NCBI GenBank assembly: GCA_051362555.1
Contig: CM120642.1
Coordinates: 18,476,001 to 18,540,000 of the forward strand
Length of the DNA stretch: 64,000 nucleotides
DNA from: Lingula anatina
Taxonomy: Eukaryota > Animalia > Brachiopoda
Reading direction: 5' to 3'
The translations under genes and the position numbers were made by a program. This document shows positions 25,687-38,618 of this stretch, piece after piece. Numbering within the stretch: the stretch's first letter is position 1; each line of letters starts with the position of its first letter. Under the pieces are notes generated by a model, which did no database searches, was not told the origin of the DNA, and saw nothing but the letters and a program-made list of their open reading frames with translations.

Positions 25687-28600
25687 ATGGAAAAGAACAG
25701 CCAGCCGAGTGATATCACACGGATAGGAGTCACCGTATTTCTGGTGGCATTAATATGTGCTAGTCTCTTCGCTTTGAAGTCCACAACTCGAACGATCCAG
25801 TGGAAGTATACATCACCGCAATCAAATCCAAGTGAGTTTAAGTGATCATCTGGGGGGTGGGGGTGGGGGGCACAAGAATAAGAGAGGCTTCGCTTCACCG
25901 TGCGAAATCTCGTATTAAATTTATTGGCATTATTTTTATCATTATCATTTTTATTTTAATTTTTTAAAAATATTATTATTACTGTTGCTATTATTATTAT
26001 TATGACATTTCGTATGTATACTATATTGTTGTATTGTACGGTGAAAAAAACTATCACGGTGAAAAAACTATCACTATCACTTGAATAATATAAAACAACA
26101 GAGTAGGATAGCTATTCATGGCTTACTTGCGCCAAATGTTATCATTTTGATGTTAAAAGAGCAAATTTTAGTCTCAAAATGCAGTTAATAATGTAATTAT
26201 AAAGTAAATAAATATTTTGAATGTAATGTAAAAATTACTAAATGATTTAATATGAAAAGGATTTATGAGCCTTATAAATTATTATTTAGATGATTTTTGA
26301 ATACTTTCTTTTCAAATGTGATTACATTTGACAGAATACTTCATGTAAATGGTGTCAAAAGATAACACGTTTTTATTTGATTATAATAAAACAACAAAGT
26401 TAGCACTTTCCTCTCACCGTGAAATACAGATTGGTTGTTGTTGTTAATGGCGAGTATGAAGAGAGAACAGAAAAAATCAAGAGGGCGTTGCTCCAACATC
26501 ATGCGGTGTCGTCACTTGTTAAGTTGAAGGGCAGTTTGGTGTATTACCGGACGTCGCCCTCATACATGGAGACATCTAGGTTCCACCGTGCGTTCAGTTG
26601 GTAAACTAAGGCTATGAATGAGAACAGCCAGGCGAGTGTTATCGCCCGGATAGGAGCCACCGTATTTCTGGTTACATTAATATGTGCTGGTCTCTTCACT
26701 TTGAAGTCCACAACTCGAACGATCCAATGGACGTATACATCAAAGCCGGTTGGCGCGGGGTTCGGGGCCCGCTGAAGGGACTCGAAAATTGTTGATACTT
26801 TAAAGGGCGAACGGTGCCATTTGGTACGGTTTAGAACTATAATGTTACTAGTCAAAACTCTAACTTTAAGAGGGGAACATTGGTGTGATTTTTTTCAGAA
26901 ACCGAAGGGGGGTCAAGACCCCCTGGCTGCCCCTCAAACGTGCGCTAGATTTTGAGCTAATAATAAATAACAAAATGATTTTTAAATAATAAAAATACTT
27001 ATGCTTTGACAATTTCGAGTCTCTACTTCTTATCTGTTTTTCTTGAGCAAAAATGTTCATTAGCTTTGTAGTTGGATCATAAATGATAATTAACAAACAC
27101 AAGCGGAAAAAACTTTCATACCGTTAGCTTACGAGCAACCTGGACGTAAGTTTATCAGACTGATGTGAGCAGATGTTGCCACTCACTGACCGCTGGATCT
27201 TTTTTTTTTCTTCTAGATGTCATTGCCAAACAAGTGATTCTTTTAACTCATGACAGATTTGGATCGTCCTGGTTGGGGAGCTCCTGAATTACAACCCTAA
27301 TGCCTTATACTACTTTGAACCTCTACACGCTCTTAACGGAGATATCGAAAGAAGGAGACAGCTCCTATACACATCAGAGAAAACAGAGTGAGCAGTTACC
27401 GATAGCCCCCTGTTTCCCAAAGAACAGATGTCAAATTTGAGCTGTAAACATAGCGACCTCATTTTTTCACTGGATAAGTCTATAGTGTTTCTGCAGAAGT
27501 GGGTGGATAATGACTTTTCTTTGTCTCTTTTTTTTTTTAATTTTAGGGTGAAGAGGAATGATGAATTCCTTGGTAGCTAAGATGGGGTTAGGGGTGGGTT
27601 CGTCATTGTCTTGTGTTCAAATTCAAATATGGCCGTTGTTCTTTTGTGAAACAGACCAAATTTAGTAAATCATTTTAGTAAAATTGTACTTGTGCCATTA
27701 TGTCATGATGTGCATTTCTGCTAGTTAGTTTATTTTTCTTGTGTTTTAAATACATTTTTGCCGCTTTACAGGTTAGGTTGTGTAACATTTTAAAAATGTG
27801 CTTAATTTTCTGTCTCACTTTTTATTTCGTAATGTCTGGATTAATGGTATAAAAATTATCTGTAGAACTCTATAAATTTGTCTATAAAACCCTATGCTTA
27901 CTTTTCATTTGAGTATCAGTCGGCTTATTTGTTCGTTCGTTTAATAATCAAACAAAAAAAAAAAAACAATATAAAACAATTAAACATTCTATGTACATTT
28001 TTACAGACAAGCACCGTTTCCAAAAGAATCGAGAGTTTCAATACGGATAACAGAAAATTTCTTGAACTGCCACTTCGAGAATGTCCCTCTCTCCGTGCTC
28101 GCTCCTGGCGGACTAAAACACAATTGGTTTACTACAGGAGGACGTCACCGCCAGATGACGAGATTTAAGTCATGTATTTTATCCGAAAACGACGACCGGA
28201 CATGCATACCGCTGTTAACATCTGCGTGCCGCAATGCCAGCATCGTGTCATTTAAAACCATCCGAATGACCTTACGGATGACAGCAGGCATGTTGGAGAG
28301 AAACCCGGCTCTGAAAATCCTGTACTTAATACGTGACCCTAGAGGTAATTTGATTTAACCAAGTGTTCTGTTATATATATATATTTCATTACTTATTTAT
28401 CAGACTTTTTGTATATACAGACCACGAACTTATTTTTTGCTGAATATTTTGTTCAAAGTAATTAATTTTGTTGTGGTGAAACAAAAAACTAATCGTCAAA
28501 TCCTACTCGTAATATTTGTATCAAATTCAATGGCATGCATCAGACCCTTTTAAATTTTCTTTGTAGCTACGATGCTTTCGGCATGGAAAACATTTGAAAA

Positions 28601-29045
28601 GCTGAGGACCGAAACAATATCACCCGTTGGGATAAATTTGTTAATTTTTATACGGGAATACTGCAACAACGTAGGGGATAACGCCAACTTGTATCGAGAA
28701 CTGGAAACTAAGTTCCCTGGAAGAATTCTTGTCATACGTTACGAGGATGCCATTAAAGATCCCGTGCGAAAGGCAGAAGAGGTGTATCAGTTTCTAGGAC
28801 ATCGTATGCCTTCAGAAGTAAGAGATTTCGTACGGGATAGCGCCTCAGCGAAAGAAGACAACGGGGTTTTTGGTACGTCACGTACGGATCCCGCTCAGAC
28901 GGCGTACAAGTGGGTTCCCACCATCCCGTTGAAACTTGTGGAACTCGTTGAGGACGCGTGCTCCCATGGGATGAGGCATTTCAACTACACGCCATATGAC
29001 AAACTTAGGAGCAAATATGATGAAATTCTATCTCAACTTGAATGA
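25687..29045 (+). CDS. Golgi type II carbohydrate sulfotransferase (CHST/Gal-GlcNAc-6-O-ST-like), about 377 aa if a 1-bp frameshift at 27275-27278 is repaired; possible pseudogene
   Basis: Exons 25687-25831 (MEKNSQPSDITRIGVTVFLVALICASLFALK, membrane anchor), 27217-27387 (5'PSB-like HDRFGSSWLG, YYFEPL), 28007-28344 (KTIR, LIRDPR), 28567-29045 (ATMLS, VIRYED). Sum is 1133 nt, one short of a multiple of 3; as written TTG GGG AGC TCC TGA terminates in exon 2. Confidence 0.78.
26614..26745 (+). pseudogene. Duplicate of the sulfotransferase first (TM) exon, truncated by a repeat
   Basis: MNENSQASVIARIGATVFLVTLICAGLFTLKSTTRTIQWTYTS parallels 25687-25815; the GTGAGT donor is replaced by repeat sequence. 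Confidence 0.75.
26745..26946 (-). mobile_element. Partial inverted copy of the MITE at 38619-38935
   Basis: CCATTTGGTACGGTTTAGAACTATAA...AGAGGGGAA...GGGGGGTCAAGACCCCC is the reverse complement of about 38630-38820. Confidence 0.7.
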
Positions 29046-29174
29046 AGGACAGGAGTAAACATGAGGACTTAACAGTCCATGCTGGTGAAATGTTTGTTAT
29101 GGAAGACGTTTCCAAGCCAGCCCCTCCTCAGATCGCACTCTGCGTTCAACCGACAGTCCCCTGGTTTGTTTAAG

Positions 29175-30320
29175 TAAAGTATTAACATAATTTGCAGTGG
29201 ACAAATAGCAATTTTGTGGCCTTAGGTATAACACTTAATGCAAATTTGGAAAATATTGAAGACTTAAATTATTCGGATAGATTAATGGAAATTGAAAAGG
29301 AAATAACGTGTTGGAATAGGAGAAATTTAACTCCTTTGGGAAAAATTACAGTAGTGAAAACTCTACTTTTATCCAAATTTACTCACTTATTTCTTTCCTT
29401 ACCCAAACCAAAAGATGAAACGATAAAAAAATTGGAAAACGTATTTTTTAAATTTATTTGGAACAATAAAAGGGATAGGATAGCTAGGAAGGTGTTTATT
29501 CAACCAATAGAATGTGGAGGCTGTCGAATGATTGACATAATCTAATTAACTTGGATAAGGAAACTAATGACAAGAAATGAAACAGACTGGGTTAGACTTA
29601 TGATAGATACACAAAATATTAATATAAGTCGACGTATTGATCGGGGAGACTTGGTTAGGTGTGCGGAAAACGTGACCAATTATTTCTGGAAAGAAATCGT
29701 TCTTTATCTTGCGGATTTTAAAAGAGATATCTCGAGTTCAGATACTTTAAAAGATATTTTGAAAAAAACCTATATGGAATAGTTCAGAGGTGATGGTGGA
29801 TAATAATGATATATATTCCAAGTCTTGAAATGACAGGGGTGTAAATATAGTAAATGACCTGTTTGAAAATAGTGGAAAACTGCATTCTTTTGAAACATTT
29901 AGTTCCCAGTATGACATTAAATGTCCGTTTACATTATTTCTCGGAGTTAAGACTGCAATTACACAACGGTGGCCACAGCTAAGGGAAGAAAACGTCAAAT
30001 TGGCGCTACCCTACAGACCTAAATTTATAGAAATAATCTGTAAAGAATCTAAGGGATCGCGGTCAATATATGATATATTGATTAATAATGCGTATTGTAA
30101 ACCGGCATCTGATACAAAATGTGCAGCCATTAATATACTCATACTGGTAACGAATTATTATATATATGGAAAAAGAATGAATGAAAAAAGATTAGATTCT
30201 CAATGTCTACAAAATAAACTAAAAAACTATTTCGAAATGGAGAAATACATGTATATAAGCAATGGAAAATATATAGAATATACTGAACGATGGAATTTGT
30301 TAGGTAATGTGTTTCAGTGA
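29175..30320 (+). mobile_element. 5'-truncated, degenerate Tx1/L1-clade LINE (post-RT part of ORF2)
   Basis: ORFs 29192-29545 (WNRRNLTPLGKITVVKTLLLSKFTHLF..LP.P...FFKFIW...GG), 29567-29782 and 30000-30320 (INILIL..YYIY...YFEMEKY) are successive broken pieces of a Tx1-like ORF2. Confidence 0.85.
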
Positions 30321-30447
30321 CCTCCTCACATTGTGTCTATTTCCCACTGTATATATTTTATATATGCTTACGAAATGCTATATGATGATTGATATTACTG
30401 ATACTATTGACAATATTTTGTACGATTCCTTTGTATGCTTAAAAAAT

Positions 30448-31090
30448 ATTATTTATTGTCCGGTTGAATGTAAATAAAGCTAAGTAACACCACTGTTCAA
30501 GCATAACAGCTTGTTAAATGTCGATTTTGATATAAAGCACACTTGTTTAAAGGCGTTTTCTTGTCAATACATCGGCCGGTGCCGTATATTGGGGGGGGGG
30601 GGGGGGGGGGGGGGGGGCGGAGGGGGTGCAGGGCGAAGGGGGGGGGGGGGAGGTGATCCAGCGTCTGTACGTACCTTATCGGTGACAACGTAAAAGCTGG
30701 TTTGAAATATGCCACGCTCTCTTTCCAGCTTGCACATGTATCACGAACGGTTATTCGATTTCACGAAGGAGGCGTCATGATGAAATCTAAACAAACGCCG
30801 ACATGCGATCAAGAACGTTTGCATATCTAATCACTCACTCCTACACCCTCTCTCGAGCACTGTGACTCAAAAACTCAAAGATCAACCTTTAATACAAACA
30901 ATTATCACACATTAAAAGCGCCAGTTAATAACAATTTATTTCAACTTTAAGAAGGCTAAAAAGATAACAGAATAAATGAACTAAAACGCAGATATTAAAA
31001 GTTAATGGTATGCATGAAAGAAAAGTAAAAAAAAAAAGTTCTTCAAAGATTTACACTTCACCCAAAGTAAATGAAAGAGAGAAGTGCATA
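30448..31090 (+). repeat. Block B, about 640-bp direct repeat of 32419-33042
   Basis: Collinear from ATTATTTATTGTCCGGTTGAATG to GAGAAGTGCATA, including the poly-G tract. Confidence 0.88.
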
Positions 31091-31108
31091 GTTTTTTTTT
31101 TTTTTTTA

Positions 31109-32428
31109 ATTTGAGTCAGTCTTATTTCATTTTTATTAGCCTGAGCTAGTCGTTCTAATTTCCGTTTTATTGGTATTTTATAATAGACCGGCACCGGTGC
31201 AAGTACATGTACAGGCATATGAATTGGCTAAATAGTAATTAATAATAATAAATATGTTATAAACCTTATAAAAAAGTAAATGAGTGATTTGGAAGAACTC
31301 CACAGCAAATGGTACAATACGGAAGATAATAAATCACTGAATTTTAAGACGACATTATTTCTTAACTCTTACTTAATGAACAGTATTAAGTTTTTTTACA
31401 AGACCAGTAAGCGCCTGTAGTATATATACAGTACTTATACATTTAAATAATATCTCCAGAAGAAGACTACATAGCAACGTTGGTGAAAGGAGTCCATCTA
31501 CGAGTCACGTCTGGGACACCAGTAATATTTGGGTAATGTTTGCATAATTTTGACATGCCCTGTTATTTAACTGTTTTATGCAATTCATATTATTTGTCTT
31601 TTGACCCCCCCCCCCCCCCCCAGTATGGTAAAAAACTTTTAAATTGATATAAAACAGTTAAACAAATATTGCACAAAATGTCTGCGTAACTGACGTGCTT
31701 CAATAATGTTCGCTATATTTGTGGAATGATACATGTACATATGGTATGACCCGTTTAAAGCATGTGCTGCACTCGTCTCGTGATATCCTAGCGGGGGTAC
31801 ATCTTACTGATCATTCATTCCATCAAGTGTGTCTTGACAAGAGCATTGGCTCATGCATGTCTAGCATAATTATGGTGAATAATATCAGTTTGGACTAAAC
31901 TGATATACGGGTCATATGCAAGCTAGAACCGGGAAGTGAAAGACGCGCACTGGATACGCTGTATACATTGATTTGATGTAATGTAACACTACATGAACGC
32001 TCTCCCGCCGAGTAAAATCAAGGAAAGCTTATTCGCCTATAAATTTTAAAGTTTTTTTTTCTTCACCACACCCTACATAAACATTTACAAAGTTGATGCA
32101 CGCTAGACTGCGTGATGTCTGCTGACCTTCAAATGACCTTTGTTGACCTTACTGTTAATTATCAATGTACCATTGGTCGCTTTTTCAAATGTAGGAAAGC
32201 TAAATTGCGTTGTAAAATGAGTTCTCGATACTTTTCGAAATAGCTATTATCCTGCTTGGCAGCGCAAGGCAATGAAGGGGAAAATATTTGATTGCAAAGG
32301 ACAAAAATCATTAAATCAGCGAACAACAGATGGATATGTACAGTACTAGTGAACATGAAGGCTATATGTTTTACACGCTTAATGGTAATTAAATGCTTGG
32401 TGTTACTTTTTAAACAACATTATTTATT
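31109..32428 (+). repeat. Block A second copy
   Basis: Matches 20991-22363 with small indels. Confidence 0.88.
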
Positions 32429-33042
32429 GTCCGGTTGAATGTAAATAAAGCTAAATAACACCACTGTTTAAGCATAACAGCTTGTTAAATGTCGATTTTG
32501 ATATTAAGCACACTTGTTTAAAGGCGTTTTCTTGTCAAAACATCGGCCGGTGCCTAATATTGGGGGGGGGGGGGGGGGGGGGGGGCGGAGAGGGGTGCAG
32601 GGCGAAGGGGGGGAGGTGATCCAGCGTCTGTAAGTACCTTATCGGTGACAACGTGAAAGCTGGTTTGCTTCGCGTACCAGAAATATGCCACGCTCTCTTT
32701 CCAGCTTGCAAATATGTATCACGAATGGTTATTCGATTTCACGAAGGAGGCGTTATGATGAAATCTAAACAAACGCCGACATGCGATCAAGTACGAGTGC
32801 ACATCTAATCACTCACTCCTACACCCTCTCTCGTACAATGTGATTCAAAAACTCAAAGGTCAACCTTAAATACAAACTATATTTATTTCAACTTTAAAGC
32901 AGGCTAAAAAGATAACAGAATAAATTTACTAACAAGCAGGTACTAAAAGTTAATGGTATGCATGAAAAAAAAAAAAAAAGTAAAAATAAGGTTCTTCAAA
33001 GATTTACACTTCACCCAAAGTAAATGAAGGAGAGAAGTGCAT
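32419..33042 (+). repeat. Block B second copy
   Basis: Matches 30448-31090. Confidence 0.88.
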
Positions 33043-33230
33043 ACATGTTTTTTTAAACTTAAACTTACAGCTTAATTACCAAGAACAACATTATCTTTTT
33101 CAGTTGATTAATAAAACCCATTGATAATAATGTTGTTCTGTTACTGTTTCTGACCTTATATTTTCATGATAGAAATCATATTCGAGGTAGCTTGTGAACG
33201 AAGCTGTGGACACCGTGAGACCTATTATAA

Positions 33231-33435
33231 GGGCGCATTCCCATAGATTTTAGACTCCGTGGGGAGTCTCACTTGATTACTGTCAGATAATCCGGCTTAA
33301 ATGTCCGTCCCGCCTACTACAAGCTGTAAGGGGGTAATTAACTTCCGTGTGCGGTCGGCTGACTGCAATTTAACGTGAACCCCCAGGGAGTTAGGTCGAT
33401 CTAGGAAGATCGATGTAAATCTCTGGGAATGCCCT
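33231..33435. mobile_element. Palindromic MITE family A copy (inverted)
   Basis: GGGCGCATTCCCATAGATTT ... AAATCTCTGGGAATGCCCTC terminal inverted repeats; interior is the reverse complement of 16990-17165. Confidence 0.75.
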
Positions 33436-34102
33436 CTTAGGGAACTGCGTACAATACGCGGGAAGGGGTAGACGTTTTTTCGGTGATAAGGAAGAAACGC
33501 CCTATGTCCCGGGAGGTCTACCTAGGAAGCAATACAGAATTATAACTTCATACCTTACTGTCATTTACAGTGTGCATGTATGAAATATTTAGAAATTCAT
33601 TATTGGAAATTTCAATCATTCACTATAATTGTAAGAGTCATGGGATCACTCTTGATCAAAACGCTGCCACACCTCCAAGTCCACATAACTAAAAATAATT
33701 TGCATCACAGCTGTTAAGCGTTTCAAATAGTGATTTTTTTCAGATACCATATCAAACAGGACTAAGTTACTTGGAGACCGCTACTTTTAAAAGCGGTTGG
33801 TGAAAAAAACGATGGAGGTTGCAAAAATATTTCACTTAAAACTGACTTAGTGCCAGGTTGCAATGCTGGAGACTTGATTAAGCGTCCAATTCTCACACCG
33901 TGTGGTACACTTCTCTCTTTCGCATCGTGTTGAGAGATTGACAACTTAATAGCTTGGCAAGATTACGTAAGTGGGTCTCCTAAACAGAGTCCGCTCGCTC
34001 GATATTAATTTCGATTGGTCTGAACAGTTGGAAAGGAACTTGTGGAAGCGAGCTTAACCCCTTGTAATGTAACTATATACAAGGTGGGGGCAGGCATAAA
34101 CT

Positions 34103-34312
34103 GGGTTCCCATAAACCTATCGTACTAGCAGGATCGATCTAACTCCGAGGGGATTCTCGTTAAACTGCATTCAGTTTAAGCGGCTTAAATGTCTGTCACG
34201 CCCACTGAAGCTGCTAGGGGGGTAATTAACTTTCGTGCACGCTTAAACCGAATGCGATTAGCAAGGATGGCCTCGCATATAGATCGATCCCGCTAGTAGA
34301 CCTTTATGGTCC
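34103..34312. mobile_element. Palindromic MITE family A, diverged copy
   Basis: CCCATAAACCTATCGTACTAGC-GGATCGATCTA ... TAGATCGATCCCGCTAGTAGACCTTTATGG; most similar to 7540-7793. Confidence 0.62.
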
Positions 34313-34471
34313 CATAAAGTTGCTTACAGCCAAGCATACCACACAAGGTAAAATGGGCCTTTGTCACCGAGTCAACGATACATGTATACCATGCTGATAC
34401 TGATTTGCGTCTTAAGATATGTTGTGAAACATCAAACGCTCACCCAGTAATGCTATCGTCCACTTTTTCAC

Positions 34472-34682
34472 CCCATTCTCATAGATTAGATCGACCTACA
34501 TTGGATCGACCTAACTCCCTGGGGGTTCACGCTAAATAGCTGCCAGCCGGGCGGACACGAAAGTTAATTACCCCTTAAAGCTTGTAGTAGGCGGGGACGG
34601 ACACTTAAGGGGGATTATCTGACAGTAATCTAGTGAGACTCCCCGCGGTGATAGATCGATCTAAAAGTTGTGAGAACAGAGC
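34472..34682. mobile_element. Palindromic MITE family A copy
   Basis: TTCTCATAGATTAGATCGA ... GATCGATCTAAAAGTTGTGAGAA; interior matches 16990-17165. Confidence 0.72.
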
Positions 34683-35544
34683 CTTTGTAAACGGTATCAG
34701 AGAACTGCTAATGATGGTTCTTGCTAACTATATATGTCAGCTGTTTGAGAAAAGGAACTGCGCTGTGCCAACAGCAGTAAAAAGTACATGGAAATGTTAA
34801 AACTTTTCTGTGTAGGTAATTTTTTTCATTAACCTGAAAACCAATTTCTTCTTCTAAATGGGATAACATATTCGATTATCTGTAAAATAAGTCACAGAAC
34901 ATGACACTTCTCGATTTCGAAAATGGCATTCTTCGGCTCATTAGATTAAGAGAATCACCTCAAGCATCGTCTAAAACGAGACTGAAACAAGTTCTTTTTT
35001 CTTGGATGAATGGTTTCCATTAATTGTTACTTGTAGTTACTTTTACATACTTTTTAAACCTTTATTCCCTATTAACGCCAAAATCAATTAAAGAGATTTG
35101 TACACTTTAACTTCCTTCGATCACTTCCTCGTCTCGTGATGTGTTAAAATAGTAAACGCTGTGGACGTTGTTGTATGGGAATTCCTAACATGGCAATACA
35201 TGCCAATCCAGATGGCGGTTGAGTCCATTAATTGTAATAAAGGGGCGTAAGGTAAATCATTTGGCTGACAGCATTCATAAGAAATGTTATATACATATAG
35301 GTCCGTTTAAAAAGTATTAAAAGCAGCTAGCACTTAACAGTAAGTACATTGACATCTGCATCGGACAATATGAATAAACGGTCCGCTTTCATCAGAAAGT
35401 TATCACCCCCCTTTCTTCTGCCGTTTTCATTCTTATCAGGTCACGGTTATAGGTTATGACTCAAGCGGTCGGGTTTCCCAAGCGTCGTCTATTTCCGTCC
35501 GTTTCCGCCTGTCTCATCACTCAAGCTTGTCAAGTGTCGAACCC

Positions 35545-35664
35545 TATATAAGACGGCCTCGTCGGAAAGGAAAGAGAAAACGGACTCTTTACGTTACGCT
35601 CTTAAGTCTCTACCATCTTCCAGCAGATCTTAATTCATGAAAAGTTAAACATTAAAAGTTAAAG
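35545..35664 (+). promoter_or_regulatory. TATA box and non-coding first exon of the GPCR gene
   Basis: TATATAAG at 35545; AAG|GTAAGT donor at 35664/35665; the GPCR ATG at 36378 directly follows a polypyrimidine-CAG acceptor. Confidence 0.6.
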
Positions 35665-36377
35665 GTAAGTGTTTTCTTTTTCAATCAGTTTAATAATAAT
35701 TTTAGACTAAATCTGTGTCTCTAAAATTATGTTATTTGTAACGAAAAAAATGTAAATTGTATATTATTTTTCACGAAAAAATGTACATATTTTAAACGGA
35801 ATATTTATACTTTAAGATGCGTTGAATTCGAATATATAAGGCATTTAGTTTCTCAGTTATTATGAGAAGTTACTGAATGAAGACGTACATAAACAATATA
35901 CGTTCATCCTTTTCTAAGATATTGCAATTGAGTAAATTAAAAATTCAATTCGCGACAGAAATGGTGTAAACTTAAAAAATTGTGCACTTAAATAAACTTG
36001 GAAACTGTGAAGTGAAAAAAATCAAAAGCATGCTGTGAAACAAAATAACATTAGGAAATAAACCAGATGCAGCGTGACAAGGTAAACTATCCAGAACAAA
36101 AGTGCCTCGAAATGTTACAGCAAGTAATGTTTAGTAAATAGTTTTTTCTGGTTTTCTCGAATGAACGATGTCTGGAACTTGTATCAGTTTCATGACCTTG
36201 AAGTGCCTTGTTAGCATAAAGTAGAACCTTTAAAAATAGCAAATACACTCAACTTCTCTTTTTTCTCGTCTGTCGATAGCATTTCTAGTGTTTGATTTAT
36301 TGGGTATAAAGGTTTGCCACAAAGCTACTTCAAGGACTACCTTTTAAAATATATAAAATATTTTTTATTTCTCCCAG

Positions 36378-38249
36378 ATGTACGGTAGGCGCGGAGATCA
36401 CTTTCTTGTCGGCGAATTCGGTGGCTACGAATTTGGGGATTTCGGAGGAGGAGGCGATAATGATGTAAAAGACCCATCTGGAATCACCACTACAGGAAGC
36501 GTGACCAGCGATACACCCACGACTTCCGCCACTAGCATCTTCTCGCCATCAGCGGCATATACAGGAAATCCGCAAGCAGTGACGAGGTCGAGATTATCTG
36601 ACATTCTGACCCAAGTTGTCACGGGTCGTCCAGATACTGTCCCAGTTCATTCCACAATCAATAAAAACATTTTACAGTCAGAGAGACCAGATTCTTACGA
36701 TATTTTCAGCACTGCGGCGAGGACAGGAAATATAGATACCACTACCTCAACAACAACGGGATCGGATAAACCCATCACTGATGTCTTTACCAGGACATAC
36801 GAACTCATTTCTAGCCATACTACAGACTTAGTCACACATTTAAACACTTCAGTCACAGCGCACAGTGGCAGCCAAGCACAAACACCAGAGAGAAATTTTA
36901 CTTCTCATACAAACATATTTGAACTTTTCAATTCAACAAATATTTCATGGTCAGAGCTACCTGAAACGGATTTTCGCATGTGTCTAGGATGTACACATAT
37001 CATTCATGACATTGTTCTTCCTGTCGTCATAGCTATTGGAATTCTAGGAAACGCAGCAGCGTTTTTGGTTTTGATGAGGAGAATATTCCGGTTGTCTGCT
37101 ACAGCGCGTCTCCTGATTGGTCTAACAGCGTCTGCTTTCTTGCATTGTGTCATTGAAGTTCCTCATCTTCTGTGCAGTGATAAAAGTCTGTATGCTTCGG
37201 AAGGTTTCCAGGTTTTCTACAGGCATTATCTCATCGCAAGGTATGTGTTTATCGCCGCACTGACGAGTGTTTAAATACATTTTATTATGATATTTGTTTT
37301 CATTTTATTAAATTACCTAATTGTACAGAAATAAGTACTGGTCAGTTTTAATATTTCCGTTAGTTTGTAAATTTTAATTTATACATTTGCGGTTTTGATA
37401 AAAATACGTCTTTTTATGCGCTGCACTTATCATAAAAATATAACTACTTAATTGCTGACTACTTACGCTCATCCTTATTCTTCCATTTTCAGGAATGCAT
37501 TGAACCCAATCTTGCTGTCAGCTGTCACCTGTCTGACTGTCGCTGTCGTCTTGGAAAGGTTCCTGTCTCTTCGTTACCCCTTTTCTCCGTCCATGCACTC
37601 TACCGTCCCAGAAGCCAGTAAGACAATTCTTGGGGTATTTGTGGCCGTCACGCTGTTCCATTTGTCTAAGTGCTTTGAGTACGCACCAAACCCTGATCTG
37701 TCGTCTGCGGAACCCCTGATTGCGACAGAGCTGCTTCGGATTGCAGCTTACAAGATATTCCGCCAGTACGTCAACACGACTCTCACGGTCACCCTTCCAT
37801 ACGTCGTTTTGTTTGTGCTATTAGTATTGTTGGTCATCGCCATTTCAAACTTTAGATCTCAGTGTAAAAAATCATTCATAGGACAATCGTCTACCGGAGA
37901 TGCGAGTCACATGACGTCAGGGGTGGTTGCTATGGCAACCATGTTTCTACTGTGTAATTCTCTCAGCTTGTATTTAGCTACAAATATCACAGTTTATGGC
38001 AGCGAAAAGACATTTTCAAGCAGCCTGAATGTTGAACTGAAAGAATTATCTGAAGTTATGATATTTGTTTACATGTCGCTCCCGTTTATCTTGTTTTGCG
38101 CCATCTGTCGGAACTTTAGAAAAGCTACCTGCTGCTGTGGGTCCAGTAATTCAGTGGGATTTTCTACCGACGTCTCCCAGAAAAATTCCCGATCAAACAG
38201 TACATTCACTGGTATTGGGGTGTCGAATTGTAGTCTAGATTTTGTGTGA
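36378..38249 (+). CDS. Class A (rhodopsin-like) GPCR, FMRFamide-receptor-like, with long Ser/Thr-rich N-terminus, 539 aa
   Basis: Exons 36378-37240 and 37493-38249 join in phase 2 (1620 nt). Seven hydrophobic segments; TM1 GILGN, TM3 LERFLSLRYP, TM5 TLPYVVL, TM6 MFLLCN, helix 8 CRNFRK. Confidence 0.85.
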
Positions 38250-38618
38250 TTCTTTTGTGTACCAGTAACATATCAAAAGCATCTTAATGATATCTAGATG
38301 ACCTCTACAGAAATATAAGATTTGCATTGCATTTTTTAGTTGACATATCAAGACTTATTTACATATCTTTTACATATAATTTTCTATAATAATATTGATA
38401 TATTTAAAAATAAATCTTCTTTTCTATAATTTTAGAAACAACATATATAATGGTATAAGCGTTAAATGCACAAATGTATAAAATTATAGTTTTTTTCAAA
38501 TGTTTTCCTTGCTTTATCATGAATTTATACTGTACATAATTTACTGTATATAATTTACTTGTACATCAATAAATAATTTTTCTTTAAAATGGTGACTGGT
38601 TGTATGGGAAATAGTGTC

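Noticed and set aside
30591-30653. Long poly-G/poly-C tracts here and elsewhere as functional G-quadruplex elements
   Set aside because: Frequent throughout the window, mostly inside repeats, and homopolymer lengths are unreliable.
30457-33040. B-A-B read as an LTR element (B can be drawn TG...CA)
   Set aside because: No TSD, PBS or PPT found; similarity extends beyond the putative TG; block A also occurs alone at 21 kb.
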